Positions 29,887 through 38,457 of a DNA stretch of 64,000 bases are shown one piece after another (within the stretch, counting starts at the first letter, position 1; the number at the start of each line of letters is the position of its first letter). The position numbers and the translations under genes were made by a program. The DNA lies in NCBI GenBank assembly GCA_963664705.1, contig OY761556.1, forward strand, positions 6,368,001-6,432,000. Direction: 5' to 3'. The DNA comes from Acidobacteriota bacterium (GTDB lineage Bacteria; Acidobacteriota; UBA6911). Under the pieces are notes generated by a model. That model was not told where the DNA came from and ran no database searches. It was given only the letters and a program-made list of their open reading frames with translations.

Positions 29887-29948
29887 CATCAGCTCTGATG
29901 ATTTCAGGCGGTTTCTCACCATCTGGCGAGCAGGCAAACTCCATTGCC
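29878..29948 (-). ncRNA. Fluoride (crcB) riboswitch 2
   Basis: GGCAATGGAGTTTGCC-(extra hairpin)-AAACCGC...GCTGATGACTCCTACC. Confidence 0.92.
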
Positions 29949-30097
29949 TATAAACATTACTTTATACGTGTGCGGTTACCTTGCGCAAGCATCTTCACAT
30001 AGCAACATAAGGAACGATTAGGCTGAAGATTTATAATCTGATGCGAATTCCTCGCGATTGACATGAACCCGTAGGCTTGGATAACCTAGTTCTCAGA

Positions 30098-30147
30098 GGC
30101 GATGGAGTTCGCCCTTAACCATCTCCATGAGATTGATGACTCCTACC
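30098..30147 (+). ncRNA. Fluoride (crcB) riboswitch 3
   Basis: GGCGATGGAGTTCGCC-cttAACC-atctc-cat-gagat-TGATGACTCCTACC; TTGACA at 30058. Confidence 0.93.
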
Positions 30148-30177
30148 TGGAAAACTGGCCGGTAGGAGTTTTTTTTT
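30139..30177 (+). terminator. Terminator overlapping the 3' end of fluoride riboswitch 3
   Basis: ACTCCTACC...GGTAGGAGT followed by a T run. Confidence 0.85.
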
Positions 30178-30204
30178 ACGAAAATTCAAAACCGGCCGCA
30201 ATAA

Positions 30205-32262
30205 TTGGAGTCCACGGTGGCAGGTTTAAATGAGAATCACAAGCGCAGGCTGGTTGCCGCGTTTGGGCATGCCGACGAGCTGTTGACCCGGTGCCTCAAT
30301 GCCATGTCGCCTTCTAGACCCGGTCAGTTTTCACGTTATGTTCACGACATGTCCCCTTCTGATCAGCACTGGGTTGAGAGTTATATCGGAAAGATTCGCG
30401 AACAAATCTACCGCCTGATGCAGAGGTTTGAGGTGGAGGCGCCGTCTCCGTCTATAGCTTCGAGTTGGGCGCTGAAGACCGGCCTCATATCGCTTGACAT
30501 CTCTCTGGAAGATCTCTACCCCGATCAAATGAAGGGCTACGGGGCAATTGACGAAACGACAGCAGGCGAACTTACATGGACTCTTCAGGAAGTTCGGAGG
30601 CTCTTGAACCAGTTATTTGCTTTTCTGGCAGATGCGGGCGTAGCACAGGAAAAGCGGATACTTCAGCTCAAGGCAGAGCCGTCCCTCGTGAGCATGCTTC
30701 ATCAGTATGCGGCGATCATTTCGCGGCACCACCTCGTCGAGTTTCTCCCAACCCTGAACTCAATAACGCGCAAACTCGAGTCACACCGATATGAAATAGC
30801 GGTGTTCGGGCGCGTAAGCTCCGGGAAGTCTTCTCTGATAAACGAGCTTCTGGGTATTCAGTTGCTGCCGGTGGGTACCACGCCGATTACCGCTGTTCCA
30901 ATCCATATCGTGGCTGGACCCCAGCCGCGGCTACGCGTGACTTTCCTGGATCGAACGGTTGCAATGCGCGCAGAAGCTCTCCCGGAATTTGCGACTGAGC
31001 AGCTTAATCCGGCCAACTCAAAAGGTGTGGTTGGACTTGAACTTTCGGTCCCATCAAAACGCGTGCAGGATGGAGTAGCCTTTGTAGACACTCCCGGAAT
31101 CGCATCCCTCGCAACCACAGGTACAAAGCTTGCCTATGCTTACCTGCCGGACTGCGACTTTGCATTAGTCCTGGTTGACAGCCAATCGACTCTGGGACGG
31201 GATGACCTGGATATTTTGAGAGCGCTCCACACGTCTGGAATACCCTCAGCGGTTTTGATCACCAAATGCGATCTTCTTTCCCGGGAGGAGGTCGACCGGA
31301 CAGTGGCTTATACCCGCTCAGAAATAATGGAGCACTTAGGCCTTCACCCGGACGTGGTTCCTATCAGTTCAAAAGAATCCTGGGTTCCGGAGGTAAACAG
31401 ATGGTTTGATGCTACTATCCTTCCATTATTGGCACGTGCACGGGAATCACTCAACATTTCGACAAACAGAAAATTGCAGTCATTGCGCAATTCAATGCTG
31501 GCCACGCTGGAATCAAAAGCTCGACGCACAATGGGTGCCAGGAAAAACCCAAACGAATTGGAGAGCATCCTTCGTCCAATAGACGAAAGCCTATCGGCAT
31601 TTGCACAAAGCTGGGAAGAGAAACTCGAAAACATCTTGGATTGCACTTCGGAAATTGTTGCGAATGCATCAGTGCAAATGGCGCAGGAGCCGGGCCGTGA
31701 TGGTAAGAGCCGCACGGACATACTTACAAATTCGCTTTTACGTTCTGTAATGTCCCGATGCAATCCGTTCATGAGTGAATACGAAACGTTATCTCGAACG
31801 ATTGCCGATCAGCTTCATCTTCTGGCGACAGAGGCATCAACGCCAGAACAAATCCGACAATAAGAATCTCCGAAACTTTCCGGGCTTCCATCCCCGGTAC
31901 TGTCTTTTCTGGATGGACTGGAGATTTCCGGTCCGGGTGTTTTCATGAATGTCAGTCAAGCCACACGCGAGAGGCACTTTCGCAGCGAGCTGAAGCAGGA
32001 GGCGAGCGGGCCGCTGGAAAAAGTGCTGAAAGAGTTTAAGCCACGCCTGCGACATTGGTTTCGAGAAACGATCAGTACTTTGAAGGACAGCTACCACGTA
32101 CAAACGGATCCCTTAAGGTATCGACATCAAGGTCAAGAATTCGGTGTTGCCGACGATGTAGTCAGATCTGACATCGTGTTATTGAAGCATGGCGGAAACG
32201 GGAACATGATCGATTCAAATGAAGCCGTTCTGAAGGCAAACCCTGCATACCATCTGGACTGA
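30205..32262 (+). CDS. Bacterial dynamin-like GTPase B, with an in-frame TAA at 31861 separating the C-terminal about 130 aa
   Basis: N-terminal helical extension, G1 FGRVSSGKSS, G2 GTTPIT, G3 DTPG, G4 TKCD. ORFs 30205-31863 and 31945-32262 are in the same frame and joined by open codons (EQIRQ*ESPKLSGLP). Confidence 0.85.
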
Positions 32263-32265
32263 CAA

Positions 32266-32955
32266 ATGCTCTTTGGCAGGAAAAGGGAAGTCTGCAAACT
32301 GGTCCTCAATCTACGCAACGGAATAGGTACGCTCGTCTTTGGCGCTCAAGGTGTCGGGAAATCTGCCATTTTGCTGGAAGCAGCAGCCATGCTTGCTTCG
32401 GAAGGCGTTGAGGTTGTCTACGTAAATGACTGCAGATCCCGGAGGACGCTTCTTGAAGAGGCGATAAAAAACCGATGCCTCAGCAATTCGCAAATTCGGG
32501 AAATGTCCGTAAAGGACCTGCGAAATGCGTTGCTGCGGTCAGGAAAAAAACAACGCCTTTGCCTCATTCTGGATCATTTGCCAAGGCTGCATCATCCGCT
32601 GCAACATCTGATTGAGATCATGGAAGAGCATTGTGTCCTGGCATTCGGGGTGACCAGTGTCCCCGGCTCGTACGATCTTTATTTCTGGAAATTTAAGTCT
32701 CTCGAGATCAACAACCTTACCAGAAAGGCCTCTCTGGATTGGATCAATGAGGAACTCCGGAATATGAACTATTCCGAGGCGCTGAGAAAGAACATTGCCT
32801 CCGAAATCTTCCGATTAACCCGCGGGAATCCGGGCGCAATTTCCCGAACCATGTCTGCCATTAGCAAACAACCCAGGCTTGTGGACGATCCGATTCGAAT
32901 CCGGCGCATATTTGTGGATGGCAAAATAAGTCAGCTCAGTTCGAGACAACTGTGA
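32266..32955 (+). CDS. P-loop ATPase (AAA/STAND-like) of unknown function
   Basis: LFGRKRE, Walker A GAQGVGKS, Walker B LILDH, C-terminal TRGNPG motif; starts 3 bp after dynamin B. Confidence 0.75.
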   Translation: MLFGRKREVCKLVLNLRNGIGTLVFGAQGVGKSAILLEAAAMLASEGVEVVYVNDCRSRRTLLEEAIKNRCLSNSQIREMSVKDLRNALLRSGKKQRLCLILDHLPRLHHPLQHLIEIMEEHCVLAFGVTSVPGSYDLYFWKFKSLEINNLTRKASLDWINEELRNMNYSEALRKNIASEIFRLTRGNPGAISRTMSAISKQPRLVDDPIRIRRIFVDGKISQLSSRQL

Positions 32956-33473
32956 TGCATCACCTGCGTCAGGGTTTGATTCTGGAGAGCCTTCTCGGCT
33001 GGTTAGCCGTTGACACTCACCTTCTCCGCATTGACCAGGCCGACTCATACATCAGCATAAAACACCAATAAATGGATATAGGATATTAGATTGTGTAGAC
33101 AAGTATTCCACATAACAATAGAAAAACCCGCCACACTGCCGTTGCACTCCAATTAGGTATTATCACTGACCTCCGGAAGCCTTCATCTGACAAGGGTTTA
33201 CGCAGGTTGGGAATAATCCACTTTAGACCGTTTGGGATTTTATGGGATTATTAGCAATTCACTTCTCTAAGACATATGATATCAAATAGAGATTACCTGG
33301 AAGTGCAATAACCACAGGACGATCGGAGCCTGGCAAAGTTACGAATAATCGAATTATTCTGACTTCGACCATGGGATTTTGCATACACAAGTGGGCGAAG
33401 AAAGCGCAAATTCCTCTCAAAATATTTTGGGTGTCATCTCTGTATGTTGTTGATTTTGTGTAACTTGGAGAGT

Positions 33474-33522
33474 TGGTAGCGACGGGTGGATTTGAACCAC
33501 CGACCTCGGGGTTATGAATCCC
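33474..33522 (-). tRNA. 3' fragment (49 bp) of a tRNA with CAT anticodon; att-site core, not a complete tRNA
   Basis: Minus strand gggaTTCATAAccccg-aggtc-GGTGG-TTCAAAT-CCACC-cgtcgct-A-CCA. The D-arm and 5' acceptor strand are absent. Confidence 0.85.
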
Positions 33523-33716
33523 TAACCTGCCTGAACGTCGTACTAAACGGTACTAAAACCTCCTATAAATCCTGGATTCGGCGGAATTCTTTTAGGACGG
33601 TTTCGGCTCCAGTAGGATCCAGAACCGCCACACAACCGTCACACTCGCTGCTTTTGGATCAAAAAGCCATCGGCGGCGCCTGTGACAAGTTTGTTCCGAC
33701 GAATCGAGGATACAAA

Positions 33717-34523
33717 ATGGCATATACATTCACGCTCACTAATGCAAAAGGCGGCTGCGGTAAAACCACAACAGCTCTAAACCTAGCAATTTGCTTTGCA
33801 AAGGCAGGATATCGTACCCTTGCCATCGATTTGGATCAACAAGGAAATTTGAGTTCCGGCCTGGGCGTTGATCTCAACCAACTAAACATGACGGCGCATC
33901 GTTTGCTGATTAACGAAGTGCCGGAGATTGGTAAGTATCTCGTTGAGGTCCGTCCTCAACTGAAGCTGTTGCCTAATTCCATCGATATCGAAGCCGACGA
34001 TCTGCTGGAAGCCAAGAAGGTCAACCGAGAGGTTCTCCTTCGCCGACAACTTAAACCGATCAAGACTGAGTTCGATGTCATCCTGATCGACACTCCGCCG
34101 GCAATGCGGGCAGCCACAGTCAACGCTCTGGTTGTTGCCGACTCAGTCATTGTCCCAATCGACAGCAGTTCATTTGCTCTCCTGGGCATGACTCAGCTGC
34201 TTAAAACCATCGCGGCCATCAGCGAGACTCATAACCCCAATCTGAAAATCCATGTTCTGACAACGATGTTCAACAAGCGACAGAACCTGGACAAAGTCAT
34301 CCGCCAGCAGGTCGAAGAATTCTTCGGTCAGAGCCTGGTTCTGGAATCAATCATTCATCGTTATGTCGGTGTTGCTGAAGCAACCGCCATGAAGAAAGGA
34401 GTAGTGGAAAACACTGCTGCTACGTCCGCCACGTTCGACTTTACGAAGCTCTTCAACGAACTCAAAGAGGAAATGGATCATGAACAAGAGAGACATGCAG
34501 CAGCTGAAAGCATCAATCGCTAG
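33717..34523 (+). CDS. parA: ParA/Soj partition ATPase
   Basis: Deviant Walker A KGGCGKTT, IDLDQQGN and ILIDTPP motifs; start at ATG 33717 after GAGG. Confidence 0.93.
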   Translation: MAYTFTLTNAKGGCGKTTTALNLAICFAKAGYRTLAIDLDQQGNLSSGLGVDLNQLNMTAHRLLINEVPEIGKYLVEVRPQLKLLPNSIDIEADDLLEAKKVNREVLLRRQLKPIKTEFDVILIDTPPAMRAATVNALVVADSVIVPIDSSSFALLGMTQLLKTIAAISETHNPNLKIHVLTTMFNKRQNLDKVIRQQVEEFFGQSLVLESIIHRYVGVAEATAMKKGVVENTAATSATFDFTKLFNELKEEMDHEQERHAAAESINR

Positions 34524-35703
34524 AGATTTGGTACAAGGCCAGGGGGACAATTCAGCGACCAGAGATTTGCTAAAGCAGTACGTTCCGCTTAATGGGGTCG
34601 TTAGCAAGTCGGAGCCGGAAATTCGACACGAAATGCCTGTGGAAAACTGCCTGGCACCACGTGCCACCGTGGCACAGAACGACATTCCTGCATGGCACGG
34701 TGCCACCGTGGCACCTCATGCTACCCTGGCACCACATGCCACGGTAGCACGATATGCTAGGGTGGAAGGCGAATTGCGCGTTCCAAATACCATCAGTTTC
34801 CGCCTATTTCCTACGCTCGATCCGTTCGCAAAAGCGGTTTATTACCAACTCTTCTTAAAGTCATATGGTTTCCGGAGCAATACATGCCTGGTTAGCCTTC
34901 CGACATTGGCAAAATCGGTGCTGATGTCCCAGCGAAAGGTTCAAAACACAATCAGTTATCTCGAATCGCGCGGATTGGTTAAAAGGCTTGGATCCAGGCT
35001 CGGTGGAAAAGATCGCGGCAATTATTATCAGGTGTTTGTTCCGGAAGATGCTCCTTCAAACAACCCCAATATTCCGCCAGATGAATACGATGAAACAGAG
35101 ACCGGCTGCATGGCACCTGATGCCACCCTGGCACCACGTGCCAGCCTAGCACCAGATGCTACGGTGGCACGAGGTGCCACCAATCAAAATGATGATGATG
35201 ATGATATAAAAATAAAAAACAAATCATCATCATCAAAAGGCGAAGAAACCAAAATTGGCGGCAAGCTTGTGGAAAACCACACCCCCGCGGCGGCGCCGCG
35301 AGAGAAAGAAACTGCCGAACAAAACTTTCTGCTCGTGCGCGAAGCGTATGAAAAAGCAACCGGGAATCGGTGGAATCAATCCGATTCCGATGCCTACAAG
35401 CAAAACAGCATCGGAAATTTTCCGGCAAACAAAATCGCCTCGGTCATAGAAACAGTAGTTCGTCGAACGCCGACAAAGATCAACAGCTTCAAATATTTCG
35501 TAAAGGAAATCACCGTCCAGCCGGATCCACGCAATCGCGCCTGGCAGAAAAAGCGGCTTGAGAAAATCGTTCACAAAATCCGGGATATTTCGGTTGGCCG
35601 TGGCAACTATTCGATGGCCGATTTTGTGGAGGACGTCAAATGCAGCTGCGCTCGGGAGGGAGTTGTGTTCGAGAACGATCTGTTTAACGAACTGGTGAGC
35701 TGA
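34480..35703 (+). CDS. Rep-like HTH DNA-binding protein with internal hexapeptide (LAPHAT/VA) repeats
   Basis: Central wHTH CLVSLPTLAKSVLMSQRKVQNTISYLESRGLVKR...NYYQV is typical of HTH_36 replication initiators. It overlaps parA and carries internal DNA repeats. Confidence 0.65.
   Translation: MNKRDMQQLKASIARDLVQGQGDNSATRDLLKQYVPLNGVVSKSEPEIRHEMPVENCLAPRATVAQNDIPAWHGATVAPHATLAPHATVARYARVEGELRVPNTISFRLFPTLDPFAKAVYYQLFLKSYGFRSNTCLVSLPTLAKSVLMSQRKVQNTISYLESRGLVKRLGSRLGGKDRGNYYQVFVPEDAPSNNPNIPPDEYDETETGCMAPDATLAPRASLAPDATVARGATNQNDDDDDIKIKNKSSSSKGEETKIGGKLVENHTPAAAPREKETAEQNFLLVREAYEKATGNRWNQSDSDAYKQNSIGNFPANKIASVIETVVRRTPTKINSFKYFVKEITVQPDPRNRAWQKKRLEKIVHKIRDISVGRGNYSMADFVEDVKCSCAREGVVFENDLFNELVS
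34638..34762 (+). repeat. Iteron array 1 with a DnaA-box-like site
   Basis: tgtggaaaa (34638-34646), then units tggcaccacgtgccaccg, tggcacggtgccaccg, tggcacctcatgctaccc, tggcaccacatgccacgg and tagcacgatatgctaggg. Confidence 0.85.
35111..35276 (+). repeat. Iteron array 2 + AT-rich tract + DnaA box (putative replication origin)
   Basis: Four tandem 18-bp palindromic units at 35111-35182, an AT-rich tract at about 35183-35250 with (gat)n...(atc)n inversion, and tgtggaaaa (reverse complement TTTTCCACA, fits TTWTNCACA). Confidence 0.75.
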
Positions 35704-35774
35704 TTTTTGCCGGCGGATATTGTCTGGGAAAGATGGTTCATCAATTCTTGTGCGAAGGAGGTTTGTAAAAACCT

Positions 35775-35966
35775 ATGCTAACGGGAATACGAATAATTGG
35801 TCTGGGAATATGGGTTGCGATTCTCAGTATGGCGATCTCAGCGTTGTTCTTCCGACATAGCACGGAGGAAAATGCCACGCTTATTTTCGTGGCTATCATG
35901 GACTTCATTGTGATTGCGCTCGCTGCGAAAGCCGTGCTGATAATGTGCCACAAAAAGCGAAGTTGA
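35775..35966 (+). CDS. Small hypothetical two-TM membrane protein
   Basis: 63 aa, two hydrophobic stretches, AAGGAGG upstream although distant from the ATG. Confidence 0.4.
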   Translation: MLTGIRIIGLGIWVAILSMAISALFFRHSTEENATLIFVAIMDFIVIALAAKAVLIMCHKKRS

Positions 35967-36025
35967 GAGTCCTTTTATCCATTTGGCTTCCCATGGCTCT
36001 GAAAGCAGAAAAAATCCGCTTGCTC

Positions 36026-36057
36026 TTGTCACGAAAAATACCTATTATTCGTGACAA
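36026..36057. promoter_or_regulatory. Inverted repeat, likely operator of the second AbiE operon
   Basis: TTGTCACGAA-a-AATA-cc-TATT-a-TTCGTGACAA just upstream of ATG 36074. Confidence 0.7.
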
Positions 36058-36073
36058 ATCACTCGGATCGCAT

Positions 36074-36697
36074 ATGGAACAAAACATTGCAAATAAGATA
36101 CTTTCACGGATATATGGTCTTGGTAGGGGTAAGGTGTTTACCCCAAAAGACTTCTTGGATCTGGGCAGCCACGAAATAGTGCGACAATCCTTGTCTCGAT
36201 TGGCCAAAGAAGGCAAAATCCGCCGCTTACTGAGAGGTGTTTATGAATATCCGGCATTTAGCAGGCTACTAAATGCACCGGCAAATCCGGATCCGGACAC
36301 AATCGCTCAGGCCATCGCGCGGGCACACGGGTGGACGCTCATTCCTTCTGGAGAAACGGCGCTGAATATTTTGGGTTTGTCGACGCAAGTGACAGCTCAA
36401 TGGCAGTACTACAGCGACGGACCATCCAAAAAGTTCAACTGGCAAGGCGGAACTCTGATTTTGAAGCATCGGACGAATAAGGAAACATCGAAGCTTTCTC
36501 CAATGACAGCTTTGGTGGTCCAGGCGCTCAAGGCATTGGGCGAAGATAATGTCGATAAATCTGTGCCGGCGACACTCCGGAAAAAACTAGATTCGGCCGA
36601 GCGCAATCGCGCTGTTCGAGAAGCCCGATACGTCACTTCCTGGATTTATGAAATCATCAAGAAATTAGCGGCGGAGGATAAATCACTCAATGCGTGA
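36074..36697 (+). CDS. DUF6088/AbiEi-type antitoxin
   Basis: VFTPKDFLDLGS...LSRL...IRRLLRGVY...PSGETALNILGLSTQV...SDGPS. Confidence 0.88.
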   Translation: MEQNIANKILSRIYGLGRGKVFTPKDFLDLGSHEIVRQSLSRLAKEGKIRRLLRGVYEYPAFSRLLNAPANPDPDTIAQAIARAHGWTLIPSGETALNILGLSTQVTAQWQYYSDGPSKKFNWQGGTLILKHRTNKETSKLSPMTALVVQALKALGEDNVDKSVPATLRKKLDSAERNRAVREARYVTSWIYEIIKKLAAEDKSLNA

Positions 36698-37676
36698 CGT
36701 TGCACGATTGCCGGAAAATGATCGGCGGGATCTGTTCAGGGCGGCAGCACAGAAAATGCGCATTCATGAAGCCATTGTCGAGAAAGATTTCTGGGTTTGC
36801 TGGATCTTGGATTACCTCTTTCACGACTACCCATCGAAAGATCATTTTGTTTTCAAAGGTGGAACCAGTCTTTCCAAAGCCTTTGGCGCAATCGAGAGAT
36901 TTTCAGAAGATATCGATCTTATCCTGGATTGGAAACTCCTTGGATATTCGCCGGAAGAACCGTGGCAGAAACGTAGTGCGACAAAGCAGGATGCCTTTGG
37001 CAAGGAATCCAACCGACGAACAGCCGATTTTCTCACACGAGAGTTTGTACCGGCAATTCATCAAGGTTTGTCCGAACTGATTGGACGCACCATAGGAGTA
37101 GAGGCGCGAGAACAGGATGTTCTCATAACATATCCCGCCGCATTTTCGCTTGCAGCTATTCAACCCCAGATCAGGCTTGAAATTGGTCCAATGGCGGCAT
37201 GGGTTCCCAATGAGCAGCGGGCAATTCATCCATATGCATCGGATCATTTTCCGCAATTATTCAAACAGGCTGAAACCTCGATTTGTACCATTGTGGCGGA
37301 ACGGACCTTCTGGGAAAAAGCGACAATCCTGCACCAGGAAGCACATCGCGGACCGGACAAGCCATTGCCTCGACACTATTCGCGTCACTACTACGATCTG
37401 TATAGGCTAAGCCTCCTTCCGATCCGTGATAATGCCTTCAAGAAGATCGATCTGCTGCAGGATGTGGTTCAATTCAAGATGCGGTTTTACCGTTGTCCAT
37501 GGGCTAGGTATGAAGATGCAAAGCCCGGAAGCTTGAAATTGCTGCCACCCGAGCATCACCTCGCGGAACTGAAGAGAGATTACCAGTCAATGCAGGACAT
37601 GCTTTTCGGAAAAATACCAGGTTTCGATGAAATCATGGCGCAGATTGAATCTTTGGAGAAGATGATTAACGCGTAG
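36690..37676 (+). CDS. AbiEii/AbiGii-family nucleotidyltransferase toxin
   Basis: VEKDFWV, FKGGTSLSK...IERFSEDID, ERTFWEKATILH and SRHYYD motifs. Confidence 0.93.
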   Translation: MRDVARLPENDRRDLFRAAAQKMRIHEAIVEKDFWVCWILDYLFHDYPSKDHFVFKGGTSLSKAFGAIERFSEDIDLILDWKLLGYSPEEPWQKRSATKQDAFGKESNRRTADFLTREFVPAIHQGLSELIGRTIGVEAREQDVLITYPAAFSLAAIQPQIRLEIGPMAAWVPNEQRAIHPYASDHFPQLFKQAETSICTIVAERTFWEKATILHQEAHRGPDKPLPRHYSRHYYDLYRLSLLPIRDNAFKKIDLLQDVVQFKMRFYRCPWARYEDAKPGSLKLLPPEHHLAELKRDYQSMQDMLFGKIPGFDEIMAQIESLEKMINA

Positions 37677-37695
37677 ATTGCGTCAGAAAATAGCC

Positions 37696-38349
37696 ATGCG
37701 AATCCGATCAGACGAACTTGTTGCAGGTTTTCCTGCCAAACAGATTAGAGAGCTTCTGCGCCAAAACGATCAGTACCTATCTGTCATTCATGTTGCCAAG
37801 GTTTTAGGACTCAGAGGGAAAAAGGCTCTGAAGCTTTTGGAGACTCTCGAAAGGCAGGAATTCATTGAGAAGAGTGACACAGATTCTGATGGTACGCAGT
37901 ATTGGAAACTCACGCTCCGAGGAAGTGCGCTTAGTAAAGCACTATTCTCCGCTCCTGTCTCCCGGAGGAATGCGGAGAAGAAACTGAGTGAATTCATCGA
38001 CCGTGTTCACAGCGTAAACGAGGATAGCCGGTTTCTATATAGGGTTCGCAAAGTGATTGTATTTGGCAGTTTCCTAACTGAGTCGCCTACCGTTGGAGAC
38101 GTGGATATCGCAATCGATCTGGAACCCAAAGAGCCTGACACGAAAAGGCACTCAGATTTGGTTCAAGACCGTGCGGACAAAGCTGCTCGAAATGGCAAAC
38201 GCTTTCAGAATTTCGTCGAGAGGCTCTATTTTGCTGACCGCGAAGTGAGATCATTTCTAAAAGCCCGTTCAAGAATCATTCAGCTAACGGATTGCGGCGA
38301 TGGTGTCCTGAAGATTGCTGAACATAGGGTCATTTACGAATACCAATAA
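37696..38349 (+). CDS. wHTH + minimal nucleotidyltransferase (Pol-beta fold) protein
   Basis: N-terminal HTH-like VAKVLGL...LLETLERQEFIE; C-terminal VFGSFL...VGDVDIAID (GS...DxD). Confidence 0.72.
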   Translation: MRIRSDELVAGFPAKQIRELLRQNDQYLSVIHVAKVLGLRGKKALKLLETLERQEFIEKSDTDSDGTQYWKLTLRGSALSKALFSAPVSRRNAEKKLSEFIDRVHSVNEDSRFLYRVRKVIVFGSFLTESPTVGDVDIAIDLEPKEPDTKRHSDLVQDRADKAARNGKRFQNFVERLYFADREVRSFLKARSRIIQLTDCGDGVLKIAEHRVIYEYQ

Positions 38350-38457
38350 ATTCAGGCTAGGATGCGCACTTAATGAGCATTCTGAAGGAAACTGCAATAG
38401 AATCCACCGCCTGTCTAAAAATCGATTGAGGATCAACCTCGCTGGACAGGCACAAGA

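Noticed and set aside
33474-33550. Intact tRNA-Met gene
   Set aside because: The D-arm and the 5' acceptor strand complementary to CGTCGCT are missing.
34652-35182. 18-bp repeats as a CRISPR array or sigma-54 promoters (TGGCAC)
   Set aside because: The units are directly tandem without unique spacers, no cas genes are present, and there is no TTGC at the -12 position.
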